A stretch of DNA of 63,263 bases, filler included, from Sphacelaria rigidula (taxonomy: Eukaryota), in assembly GCA_964200075.2 (NCBI GenBank). It is 4 parts of 4 records of this genome, joined end to end, with 100 filler letters (N's around TTAATTAATTAA, not from the genome) between each part and the next. Parts side by side here need not be neighbours in the genome. Positions count along the whole stretch, not along the records: positions 31,687 to 47,428 come from CAXNAA020001616.1; positions 47,529 to 63,263 come from CAXNAA020001618.1; 2 more parts are not named here. One strand, 5' to 3'. Positions 40,801 through 52,480 of the stretch are shown here, one piece after another (positions within the stretch are counted from its first letter, which is position 1; each line of letters starts with the position of its first letter). Below the pieces are notes generated by a model, which did no database searches, had not been told where the DNA came from, and worked only from the letters and a program-made list of their open reading frames with translations. Position numbers and translations under genes: made by a program.

Positions 40801-43800
40801 CGAACAGAGAGCTTGGCGAGAAGGTAATCTGGGGAAAGGGTGTTACGTTGCATCTGCTCGTGCTGCGGCTACTGTAGGAAGAACATATGCATTGTATAAT
40901 ATTAGAGGATCGCGCCGTAGTTCGAATCACCTCAGGATCGACGTTTTTCAAAACCAATCGAGTCAGTCCTGAAGGTACTACGCCCCTGACTACCATAACC
41001 AGAACACTGACCCTGACCCTGAGCCTAACCATAGGGATGTTCAAAGTCGGATACGGTCCTCGAAGCACGCGGTCCTCTCACGCATTATGTAATGTGTGGG
41101 AGGACCGCGTGTTCTTGGGACGCATCTTAGTTCAAAACACCCCAGGATCGACGTTTTGGAGATATATTGGGCCTCTGACACAGACCCCAACACTAACCCT
41201 AACCCTAGGGTGTTTGAACTCCGATGCGGTCCAAAAAACACGGGTTTCTCCCACGCATTACACACTAGTTAGTGTGCTTATGCTTTTCTTGTTTCGCCCT
41301 ACTAACAGCACGTCGACGCTGGTGCAACGCCGTGGGAGGATCAAGAGCGGCGAGTCAGGCATGCCGACTGTCAACGACGTCTACCCTCAAAACGAATCGT
41401 TAGATGGTGAAGTTTTTCACATTACACTGGTTTCAACATCCAAACGAAGAGTCATGACACCTCGTGTCCCACACGATGGAAAGACAGGTACCCTGGCTGA
41501 CACCGTCAAACAATAGGTTGTGGGATGGTTTATCGAGGCCCCGGTGGGTAATACGCCCTCGTAACGCGTGCAGCAATTCAACTGATACTACGCGCTGAAT
41601 GGGATTACGTTTTGCTTCCACGCCATTCGTGTTCTACCATGATCAGACGGATGCAAACTGGTTGCTTCGCGTACTTACACTTGATGGGGTGGAAACGCTG
41701 CCACTTATCGTCGGCCCTCCCACGCTTGGCCCTGAGGTCGGTCGGATTCGGCGGTACGCCCTGCTTTCCCGCCGATCACGGAAGGCACCAGTGGGCGGGG
41801 TACAAACCGGCACGATTGAACGGAGATACAAGTGTTAGGTAAAATGGATGGACACGTCCTACACCTCCGGCAACCCGCGTGGTACACTAGAATTAAGTAA
41901 GGGGTTGAAATGAACATATCACGTTCTGCATTTGCCGTGTCTGTGGTAACACGTGGAAGAAATGACGGGCGAGGCCTTCTACCGTAGGTGTGCTCGATTT
42001 CTTCCCGAGTCTCTGCACTTTCGGAGCCTCTCGATGACAAACATCTGGGCCTCAGGGTGCAGTCTCAGAAACCCTTCGGACAAAACGTGCACATCTACCG
42101 TCAAATCCCCTCAACCAGTAACACTGGGGGTGGTGCAGATTTTACCACGAAATATTTGCTACTGCCCGTGGATTCTGACGAAAGTGTAGAATGGCGTAAA
42201 AAAAATGACCGTGTTGAACATAAGACCACAACATTTACGTCAACGCGGCAGAGACTACGTTATATATACACCTATTTTGTCGATGCTATACCTTGGACTT
42301 GGGGGCACTGTTTCCGGTAATGGATGGTGGACATTCATTTCTCGCTGCACCGCGACCGCAAAATGTCTTCACGCGGGCACTCAGACACGCCGGCCGTGGG
42401 ACCATGAAGACGACTACAGCATACAGTGTATTAAAAAGCCATTAGCCACCTGGCGAGACGTCTCATGGAACCTGACATGTCCACTCCACCATGAAAGACA
42501 CACCAACTCATGTGTCCGTGCGCAGTACATGAGTCGCACCGGACCTCCGCGATAGAGAGTCGAGTTTTCAAGTGTCATCAGTTGTTCACTCTGTTCTGCA
42601 TGTTCGACTAACTTTCACGCTTTTCCGCCCCGATTTCTTCGGACCAACACGTAGTCGACCTCGATGTACCCTTCCCCAGATGGCTGGAGGTTCACCTTAA
42701 GGCGATTTAACAACGTTCTAGGCTCCTGCGAGGTTGTCAACGTGTAATGCGCGTACGGAACCATAGTCGAAAGTACGGTAGTCCCACGTGTGCGCGACGT
42801 AGCAACACTCTGTGCATGAACAATTTTGGCGACTCCAGCAAATCGTGTAGCGTTGTGATACTCGCCTCCAAGTGATCCTCAGCCTACAAGTGATTTTCAC
42901 CACGGCAGCGCGACCTTACGATTAACCACTGAGAACTTCACCAGCACTTTCGCAACAAGTCAGCATGTCATCGATGTTTCGTAAACTCACGCTCTCACGT
43001 GTCCCCAAACCGGAGGAAGGCAAACCTACACACAGCCCCCCACTGTCAGGGTTCGGACACACGACCACGCCGAGATTGGCCGACGTGATTATGTTGAGGT
43101 ACGGGGGGGCTGTAGTGCATGTTTTCATCGAGGGGCCGCAGCTCTCGCGGCACCCCATGTGTAGGGGTGCTCTGAGGCAGTGTCAAATCTCGTCAGCATC
43201 TGAATAGGGAGACGCAAGCTGCCAGGTTTTGCCTGTTAAATGGCGGGATGTCGTTGCTATTGACGGCGACGTCGGCCTTATGGTGAGTGCTGATTCACGA
43301 CGAGCATGCCTCCATGACCCTTGTTCTCAGGGCAATAGATACAAGGACAGACGCACACACCTTGAGCATTCCAGTCGTCAAACTATATTTCGCGGAGAGA
43401 ACTAGAGACGACGCTGATAACACAGGTCAGTACTTTTGTATAACCACCATCAGTGGTGTAGAGCTCTAGATGTAAATATGGGATATTCATATGTGGACAC
43501 CAGATTAATCTGGGATATCTAATTGGGCGTGGGTATTCATTTGGGGGGAAGACATCCATCTTGAATATCCCGGAGGGATATCCACATCACAGATGGATCC
43601 GTTAAATGAAGATGCCAGATAACCACCTCCATCCCAGATGGACGTCCTCACAGATGGCTACCTCTCTCAGGTATCAACATCTCATGTGGAGGTTGAACGG
43701 TAAAGCAAGGCTCCCGCGATTGAGCGGCAGTCGTAAAAATATATGAGCACTTCAAAGTTGATCTCGCATAAATAGAACTTCAAAGTCGGTCACTCTTCAA

Positions 43801-46283
43801 ACCCGGAGACCCATGCAGACGTAAACAATAGTCTTCTGAAGACAACGGCGCTCACAAGGCGGGTCGAGCCGAGATTCCGCGTAAAACATACTTCGTTTCA
43901 GGGAGACATGGGCCTATTACTAACCTCGGTGCGATAAGTGACGGATTCCGGCTCAGCTCCCTTTTCGGTGCGGATGTTGACTTTCTCCCACGCATACATG
44001 GTGTTGCTCCTGCGGTAGGGCACATCCCGATTAGCCGTCGGTTATGAGAAAATTTAGCACCAAATTCTGTCCATATGAAGTTCCAAGACGAGGTGGAAGT
44101 CGTGACCCGTGGTTGTTCCATTTTCACCAGACCCTGTTTCATTTCAGCTCTTCTCACGACAACGCGTTCTTTCTGAGAATTCAGGGTGGGTGTGCCGAAC
44201 ACTTCACCAGCCCCTAATACGCGTGCGAAGTACCCTCTTCCCTCATTCCGTGCTCAGGGGGTGGTGCTTTGCGTGAAGGGATGTGTGCCCCTTCATCGTA
44301 CTTGTTTTGGCGGAGTGTCAAACGCCATCCTCTCCTCACCCCCCCCTTGACTCCCCCTAGTCTGACGTACGAAATCTTGTAGCGTTCAGTGGAAAACACC
44401 CTTCATAACAACACAAGTGAAACGGTAACGGTACGAATACGGCGAAGTCGCGATTACCTCGTGCCGATGTGCATGCGGTACACCGAGCCACGGACAAGTC
44501 CCCACTGTAGCAGGTACTTGAAGATGAAGCAGCCTAGGCAAAAGTTGATGAACCCTTGGAGGGCCGTAGCCACAGCCAGTCCGATCTGAATGTTTAAACA
44601 TACACGTGCATGGATTCATGTTGGAAAAGAGCGATGGACGGTTAGGAGGTATGCTCAACCGCCCATCGTGCGTTGCTTTCGTGACATTGAAGAGAAACCG
44701 TAGCGATGTTGACTGCGAAGCGCTCAACCCCCATTCATGATCACGTTCTTACGCGGCGGAGAAAGGGCGAGGAGGTAGTGTACTTGTATGCTGCATGCAT
44801 CCACTCTCGACTCGCTCACTGACTGGCAAACGTTCGAGGACGGTCGAAACCGATTGCTGCAGGACCATGACATGAGACGCACACCTTGTCTGGAAGTTGA
44901 GTGCGAAAAAGAAGCACACAAGAGCGGTGGGATGTTTCGAAGATGTGATTTCGGAATCCAGAACGATTACCAGGAAGATTTGAGCGGCGATAGTGTAGTC
45001 GAAGAGGAGGAGCAGCCATGCCATGAACGCCATGAAGATCCCACACAGATTGGCAAACTGCTTGGACGCTCCCGGGCTGCCGATTGGGTGTATCAGGCAT
45101 ATTGGGGTACAAAAACGGACAAGGAGCATTATTTTGTTTGTTCTACAGGCGAAGTGAACTTACGCGTTGGATGACGTTCAAGACTGATTTCGGATCAAAG
45201 ATTGGAGAAAATTCATTGAAATAAGCTGGCCAAGCAACATAGACAACTTAGACACAAATATTTGGGTCCAGAGATCCACTGGACTGGTATACGACGCAGA
45301 GAATAGAGAGATAGGAGGTTAAGACGTGTTGCATAGTCGAAATACCTCAGCTGTTGAGTTTGTAATGAATGGGAGGACCGCGTGTTTCGTGAACCGCAAC
45401 AGAATTTGAACACCCCAGGATCGACGTTTTTTTACCGCTCGGGCCAGTCTTTGCAGGGACCGCGCCTCTGACCCCAACCCTAACCTCAACCTTAGCCATG
45501 GGGGTGCTTAAACCTCGATGATATCCAAAACGCACGCGGTCCTCCCACGCATTACGGAGCCATCCAATACTCGTCCGTCCCGAGGGGGAAAGTACGGCAT
45601 GGTTATTGAGTCGTTTGGAGCAGGGCGGGGGTGATGGAAGAGGATACTCAATCGTACCCGCCCTCGCCAACCATTATTCCAGGTTCTCGTTTGATTTCAA
45701 TGTCATCACATGCATAGGTCACAACACCTGATGCACCTGTAAATGTCACCGATGACGAGCATCAGCAGCTGTGACGTTTACCCACCTTAGATTAGGCCTG
45801 GTACCTGCAACGGGTAGGGCCGCGAGCATGCCGAGGGGGCTCGGAAATCCCCCCAGTTTCAGAGCAAAGTCTACCGTCAATCCAAGTACCTGGGGTCGGG
45901 ACGAAAGAAACGATTGGAAGCAAGGGCTATTGTGAGAGTAGAAAGTTTGGGCTGAAGGTAGTAAACGTCTTGGGCAACAAAACGACAAATGAAAGGACGG
46001 ATACCGAGCACGAGAGAGGGACGCACCGACCAGGTATGCTCATGCTAAACACACGAGGTGTAGGCAAGCGTGGAAATGACTCAAGCCAGGAGCTGCAGTA
46101 ACTCACCACCCACTGGGTAGTGTCCCTGTCGGCAAACCAGCACGTCACCGCGGAGATGATGAAGCCCCCCACGCCATTTAACCGGACCACTCGGTTGTCC
46201 ACGGTAGTCGGAGAGTGAAACGGCAAGAAGAAGGCAGCATCGGGTCCAGGGTAGGTGGTCGCAGCCGCGGATATGCCGTCGCC
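31832..46283 (-). CDS. Multidomain membrane protein: DUF4395-like domain + SLAC1/TehA (TDT family) anion channel + hemerythrin-like C-terminal domain; 18 exons, at least 795 aa
   Basis: Hand-spliced, phases consistent, 2388 nt including stop. Exons: 46107-46283, 45786-45889, 44971-45076, 44458-44585, 43925-44009, 41679-41760, 40625-40728, 39964-40044, 39228-39412, 38256-38439, 37197-37335, 36692-36858, 35768-35911, 35389-35574, 34444-34538, 34081-34219, 33263-33382, 31832-31993 (TAG). DUF4395-like motifs: VDNRVVRLNG, GASKQFANLCG, FINFCLGC. TDT/SLAC1 motifs: AYFMVPLSVTGL, IRKEFNHP, PSWMIVPVSNLLGA, FAIWVAPPA, NWAFAFPL. Hemerythrin-like helices: IHEAFRE, EQVIFPEL, LDEEE. Confidence 0.9.
40897..41262 (+). 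mobile_element. Two head-to-tail copies of the CCCTAA-containing MITE (intronic)
   Basis: 40897-41087 (5'-eroded) and 41088-41262; both end in ...cacgcatta. Confidence 0.8.
45361..45555 (+). mobile_element. CCCTAA-containing MITE (intronic)
   Basis: tgtaatgaatgggaggaccgcg ... ccccaaccctaacctcaaccttagcc ... cgcggtcctcccacgcattac. Confidence 0.8.
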
Positions 46284-46475
46284 CTGTATGGGTTTGAAAC
46301 GGAATTTGACAGGAGTTTTCAGTTGATGTGCTCTAGTGTATTCCGTTCCCTGGCCTCCGTCTCTTGCACCCTCAAACTACAGGCCGTCGCCATTTGCGGT
46401 AATCCTCGTTCACGGCATCTCCGATGGCACACTGTAAGCGCGTGAGGAGTTAAGATATCAAGCGAGCCATTTTAC

Positions 46476-47020
46476 CCTCACATCACGGGGAGCCAGGGAG
46501 GCGATCGCAGGCGCTAATGCGGCGCAAGCACGGGTGCTTTGGGGTCCACCATCGTTTGGACTAGAGTATGCGAACGCCATTCTTTCAGCACCTCGCGCAA
46601 ATTGAATGTTTTGGTATCTGTCCGTGACATGTGGATGGTCACTGAAGGCGCTCGTAATTAACACTTCACTCGCAGGGGATACCCTCGCGGGACGTTTTCA
46701 TTTTCACGCTAGATAGGTATATAGGTAGATGGGGTAGGTGTTGCCGACATACTGCAGTCAGAAAAACGGAGCGCGGTCGTAAGATACCTGCCGTTTTGAC
46801 TGCGGACGGCCGTTGGTCTGCTGGACGTGTGTAGTTTCAGTAGGTAGCGGGTGAGAGATTCACACCTGGAATCTACGAGCTAGGCCCAATGGAGGGGAGA
46901 GGTTCGATGTATTAAATGTACCTGATCGCTGGGAGCTTCTTCGCCTCAGCGGAGTGGTACCCGCGAAGCCCGGCAGTAGCGATAGGAGTCATACGACACT
47001 TGACCAACAGAGTATGCAAC
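46476..47020 (-). CDS. Candidate extra 5' exons of the DUF4395-TDT-hemerythrin gene
   Basis: Exon 46476 (or 46482)-46617 (cag|A..., YQNIQFARGAERMAFAYSSPNDGG..., phase-0 GT donor) and an upstream exon ending at 46922 (...KKLPAI AG|gtacat) splice in phase to exon 46283. No homology support. Confidence 0.35.
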
Positions 47021-47234
47021 ATTCCTTTTTTATACACTTTCGATATATCCCCTTCGCCTGGAAGAGTCTCTCCGCCGTACGCCCTGCAATCTGGTACCGC
47101 CGATGGGGTCCGTGGTTCCACATCGATTCGACTATCGTCAAATCCATCTTATCGGCAACTTACGCTCTTATGATACGGAAATCAGGTAACTTTCAGAAAT
47201 TCATATTATTATCGAGGAAACCTGGCGGATGTCG

Positions 47235-47395
47235 TGTAATGCGTGAGAGGACCGCATCGGAATTTGAATATCCCTCTGGTTAGGGTTAGAGTTTGGGTTT
47301 GTGTCGGGGTCATGGTCAGGGGCGCAGTACCTCCCGCAGGGACTGGCCTGATTAACAGCCGATTTTCGAAAATGGGGTTGAAACAAAAATGAGGT
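47235..47395 (-). mobile_element. CCCTAA-containing MITE, partial, reverse orientation
   Basis: tgtaatgcgtgagaggaccgc ... ggttagggttagagtttgggtt. Confidence 0.7.
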
Positions 47396-47428
47396 TCAAC
47401 TCAAAAGCCGTGCTTTCCCTGACCTGAA

Positions 47429-47528
47429 NNNNNNNNNNNNNNNNNNNNNNNNNNNNNNNNNNNNNNNNNNNNTTAATTAATTAANNNNNNNNNNNNNNNN
47501 NNNNNNNNNNNNNNNNNNNNNNNNNNNN
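47429..47528. other. Artificial contig linker
   Basis: N44-TTAATTAATTAA-N44. Confidence 0.97.
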
Positions 47529-48827
47529 GCTCAGGCTACGCAGCAAGGGTCATCATCCATAGGATGCCCTTGTCCCCTGATCATCCAGGATCCTACACAT
47601 GCTACATCTACTACGCCTTGGTGTATTTTGGCTACAGGCCATAGAAGGCGCGATAGCTGGTTCAGACTGGGTGGAGCGTCTCTCATGGGCGCTAATGGGG
47701 AAACGACTCCAAGCGTGGGAGCTTCCACCTCCTCGTTGTTTGTGTGTGCATTTTGGTTTTGTCCATTTCATTTGACTGATTGTATTTTCCCCCGGGGGCT
47801 GCCGGGGGAGCCCAGTATCATCACGTCTGGCTGTTGACGTAATGATAAATGGAAGGGCTGCTCGACGAGTGGCTTCTTTTGACTGTGTATTCTTGGGCAC
47901 AACCACAGGGGTGTCTGTTGACACGAGCAACTACGTGCGTCATGATGCTGTACTGAATATCTGAGATAAGGTCCAAGAGCAATATCCATTTCCCTCAAAA
48001 CTCCTCCAAGGCTACCGCTCATGTTTCGAGAAAAACGAAATAAAAAAAGTCGTTTCTCAACATATTGCTTGCGTGGTGGGCTGTAGGGTGTGTTAGCGGG
48101 CGGTGGGATTTCAAACGCTTTTTCAATTAACATTTTGAAATAACCTAAGGTTTTTTTAAAAGCGACGATTCTCTGATAACTTTGGATCATCACAAAATTT
48201 CATGAGTTTTTCAACAAAAAAAAAGCGTTCTCTGATTACATGAGAATTGGTTTTTTGGCCTGTTACCAGAAAACGGCCTTTTTACACTAGTTTTCGATGC
48301 GTAAGAAGCAGCCTTGAAGGACGAAAAAATGGGAAAAACGAAAAAAACGATTGTTTTTTTTTATTTCACTATGCACTAGCGATTTTTCATACAAAATTTC
48401 AAAGCACAACTCTTGAAAACTGAGACGCGATATTCAGATTCAGAGAATTTAGCGCCTCTGCTCGTATGATATTGATATTAGTGTGGAATATTTTGTGTGC
48501 CATATCTCGAGGAAGATGACGAATCAGGTGTGAGGGTGAGGGTATCGATCATTCCCCCGTGCTCCAGGGAATATCTACACCAAGAATCGTCATTATTCGC
48601 TGTATACATCGTTCAGGCTCTCAAATAGACTTCTGTACGGACGCTATCTCCGTGCGGAATAGGAATTCCTTGACATGAGGTTCAAGTAATGACGCCACAT
48701 ATGCCCTGACCCAACAACAAGCAGCACCATTACAAATATGCCATTGCTTGAGTGTATACTTTCCCGCCCGATTTCCAGCAACCAACCGCCAACAGTCCCG
48801 GCACGGCAACAAATGAGAGCATCAATG

Positions 48828-49442
48828 TCACAAATATGCCGTCGCTTGAACCTCAACCCGTACAATCTCTTGCTCAACTTTCTCTGCAACATGAGGACCA
48901 CCACCAACAGCACCAACGGCGTCGCCACTCGTCGGTTGCACAACAACAGTCCTAGCGGGTACACTGCCCTTGACAACCCATCGACCCCATGCAGCATCGA
49001 TTCCTTCAGAAAAATCATCCCTTCCAATACAATCCCTGACGTAAAAAGTAACTGTCACGACCTTAGACACGCTGGATCCCGCCTCCTCGAGCAAGATCCG
49101 GATTTTTTCCAGGGCCTGCGTTGCTTGTTTTTCGACATCACCCTTTATTTTCACCCCTGTCCCCCTCCCTTCTCCCGCCTCTTCGCCGCTTTGTTTACCC
49201 TCCTCCCGCTCATCCTGTTGTTTTGTGTCGTGACCTCTTGCCTTTTGTTCCGGTGGCGGGAAAGCAGTCTGTCCGCTGATGAACACCATCCCTCCTGCGA
49301 CGACAGCTTCGCTACGAATTGGTCCTGTGCGCAGACGTTTCGCTTTTGTTATGGCGGGTGCTGTCCCGCGGATGGCGGGGTTTGTTGCTACCGTATCGGT
49401 GACGGCGGGCTTGGCTGCTTGCGTGAGGGCCTCGCTGATCTC
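48828..49442 (-). CDS. Terminal exon encoding a YjgF/YER057c/UK114 (Rid) domain, Rid2/YoaB-like; upstream exons unresolved
   Basis: Acceptor ttttctcccacgcag|GAG, then open to TGA. Motifs: RSEAVVAGGMVFISGQT, QATQALEKIRILLEEAGSSVSKVVTVTFYV, DAAWGRWV..GSVPART (catalytic Arg kept), RVEVQATA. Confidence 0.85.
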   Translation of the reverse strand, partial: EISEALTQAAKPAVTDTVATNPAIRGTAPAITKAKRLRTGPIRSEAVVAGGMVFISGQTAFPPPEQKARGHDTKQQDEREEGKQSGEEAGEGRGTGVKIKGDVEKQATQALEKIRILLEEAGSSVSKVVTVTFYVRDCIGRDDFSEGIDAAWGRWVVKGSVPARTVVVQPTSGDAVGAVGGGPHVAEKVEQEIVRVEVQATAYL

Positions 49443-50789
49443 CTGCGTGGGAGAAAATGAGCAACAATCCAGAGGAGGTCCAGAGTAAGTACAAACTCGA
49501 TTTGCCGTGCGGGGACACATGGTAACAGTGATACTGTGGCGTTTCTGCTGGTCCTCGGACTGCGAACGAGTCAAATAGTTCGTCAATTGGTGTCAATAGG
49601 AACGCTTTTGTGACTTGACTTTCACTTACGAATCGTACAATACGATAGATACCCGGTTGCTTTCCTACACGCAATCCGGCACATACTCAAAAGAGGGAAT
49701 AAATCAACCCAAGCGGCGAGCGCAATCATCGATGAGCTGAAGTCAAAGTTGAAAAAACAGGACACGGCCACATGGATTGGGACCAAGGGTACAGAAAGTA
49801 GCGACATACACGGGCATGAGTGTCACCATTACGGAGTTCACGGCCAAATCTCTCGCGGGTAAAAGTGCGATAGCTCCAAAGTATTGCGCAGCTCTTGTGT
49901 CGACAGCTTGACAGGTGTAAACCTGTTTTGTGCTGGGGTTTCTTTACCGGGAAAGTGCAGTCCACCGACCACGGGCAAGAATGCGTGAAAACACAGTCTC
50001 AAATACAAGCAGCTTATTATTATTACTGTACTGGAGAACCAAAATCAAGTGAAGCTATGGGAAAACACACACGCATGGAAAATCCTGACAGCCGGAAAGA
50101 TGGGTCCACGTCTTCCTGCGAGTGCCGTTCATACATGCGCGTGAGGCTCCATTTGAACAGTTCGTCACGATGATTATATGTCACTCTCGGGGCATCGCAA
50201 CTCCTCATTCCCCCACAATCTCTGAACAGTTATTATCCAAATCATTAGTACCCGTACCCGTCCATCAGTACCCGACATCTCACACAACGTACGTATCCAT
50301 AGCAGTTAGTGCTGGCAAAAGTCGATCAGCCCCCCTGTTCGCGGCTGATTCCCGAGTTTCCTTCTCCATTCCCTTAGCGAGTATTTCCGATTTGTTTCGT
50401 ATCCGTCTTCCACGTGTCCACGTCTAGACCCATGCGGGGATCAGCTCATGTGCGACAACCAATCAAATCAAATTCATCAAAATCAACCATGCTCCTCATC
50501 CAACCAATCCTTCGTCTCGACTATGCTTCGCGCCATTCAGGACACTGAACTGAACCTACGCATTTTCGACCTTTGGTCGATACTACTGTACGGAAATCTA
50601 TTTCCTTTGAAGCCAGCCAAAACCTACAAAAGTAAACGCATAGTAGCAATCCTCTCGTCCCCCTCGATATCCATAATGACATTCCAGTGATACTCAAAGT
50701 CTCCCACACTCGAATCAAACGTACGAATGTACCGTTCATATAACTATCAGGACCTGTGTCATCCAGTCATTTGTACTGTGTGATTTTCT

Positions 50790-51518
50790 TCATTTTTCGA
50801 ACATGTAACCCTCTCCCCCCTCGAGACGAGTATGCGGTCTCAAGGGGTTCACCCACCTCTCCCCGGTACACGCCTTCCACTTTGAACAGCCGATCATCTA
50901 AATTGGGGATGGAGCTTTGCAGTGAGGATGACAACCCGAAAAACTAAAACCTTTGCATTCACACCTATTCTTCGAGATATGGTTCCATTCCTTCATCTGC
51001 TGATAGCTATTCAAAACTACTAAATGCCATGAATATTTGGATTCCATTACCGAAATTTGGTATTCAAGTGATTAGTCAGGATCACCTAAATCCCCAAAAA
51101 AAAATTCTCACCTAGGACCCCCCGAATTTCGGCTATCGCAATGCAATTTCTTTGTTGCGGGTAGTAGTTGTCAACAGCTACCAGCAGATAGAGGAATGGA
51201 TATATATTTCGAAGAATTGGCGTGAACCCGAAGATCTTTATATCCGGGTTATCATTCTTACTGAAAAGCTCCATGCTCAATTTCGATGATCGGCTGAGTT
51301 TGGTCTCGCGGAGTGGGTCAACACTCCTGCAGCGCGCCAACTTTCGTGAAAAAAAAACTCACCCAACTACTCTTTGTCTACTCACGTACCAACGCTTACG
51401 GTGGAAATGAGGAACATCGAAGAAAAACACAAACACATCGGGAGTCGAAACCTCGTTCTCTCCATCCTAATGGTGACAGTAGGGCCATTTTGATTTACAC
51501 CAACAGAGTGCGGCGGCA
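50790..51518 (-). mobile_element. tRNA-derived SINE, family B, copy 2, split by a foldback element
   Basis: Head gccgccgcactctgttggtgtaa...ggtttcgactcccgatg and body ...ccgcgagaccaaa|insertion|gtggaaggcgtgtacc match 1352-1620. Confidence 0.75.
50885..51298. mobile_element. Second copy of the foldback MITE, 4-bp TSD TTTG
   Basis: AACAGCCGATCATC...GATGATCGGCTGAG. TTTG flanks at 50881-50884 and 51299-51302. Confidence 0.85.
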
Positions 51519-51825
51519 CCCCACTCGAAAACGATCACACGTACCGTCTGTAGCACAGTCGACATCAGGCGATACTCTCCAGCCACCACGTACGAAGATT
51601 GCGTTACGGTAACCCTGCACTCGCGTTCAATCACAACTTTTCTACCTATCTCCTTCTGTCTCACCAAATATTTCCTCGAAAGTATACGTAAAAAACAGGC
51701 ACTGCAGCATGAAACCTTGCAGCAGTGGTGTCGTGCCATTACTTCTCGAGGTTTAAAAGTTAATCCGAACACAAATCGAATCGACTCAAACGAAATCAAA
51801 TCGATGCACTAGAGTGCTGGAGAAC

Positions 51826-52480
51826 TCACATGATATGCATGACGAAATTACGGTGGAACTGAAGAGACTCCGTCGGAAACGTAGCAGTCAAAACATTGAA
51901 AAGCCCACACTCAAAGAAAAATATGATAACCGATATCTCGTTCCTTGCTACCAGTTCTCTCATGAAATGATGCCTCACGATAGTGTGCTTGGAGTTGAAA
52001 TTCGTTATGAGGTTATGCGCAAGCTGAATGGCTCCCTGATTATCCCCAAACACAGAAGTGCACGGCATTCCTACTTATTGTGGCAACATGAAACGCCAAC
52101 GTGTCTCAAAAGCAAGACCTCCTCAATGATGCCAGTAATGGCGACGTATACTACCTCCTTTTTGGAGTCACCGACATCCACCTCCACACATCGCCAGCAC
52201 CCCTGATACCGACCGTCTATCGACTGCCTTACTCGCATAGTCGGCATTTGACCAATGAATGAAAGCTCAACCCCTGCAAGCCATCTCGGAGGAAATTATC
52301 CTCCAAGAACTTGTTCGCTTCATATATCCCAGAATCCCAAGTGGAGCATGCCAATGGATTGATCAAGGTGAGGCATAGTACCTGGCTCAGGCTTGTACTG
52401 CATATGCTAGCATAATTTCGAGGTTAGTTCCAACTTGGTAGCATAAACTGTGTAGTGAAGACGAGGAGCATAAGCGGCAC
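51826..52480 (-). mobile_element. Ty1/copia RT C-terminus / RNase H remnant
   Basis: ADYASKAVDRRSVSG, FGDNQGAIQLA and SKHTIVRHHFMRELV; frameshifted. Confidence 0.85.

Noticed and set aside
42696-42725. Extra exon EPRTLLNRLK (approximate coordinates) in the channel gene
   Set aside because: It is in phase with plausible splice sites, but 43925 joins 41760 sensibly without it and there is no supporting evidence.
47278-47300. Telomere at a contig end
   Set aside because: The TTAGGG-like units are internal to a MITE found five times in the window.
8122-49442. Functional cluster of HAD hydrolase, anion channel and Rid protein
   Set aside because: The three genes sit on different contigs joined by artificial linkers.
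48738-49460. 240-aa plus-strand ORF
   Set aside because: Antisense shadow of the Rid exon.
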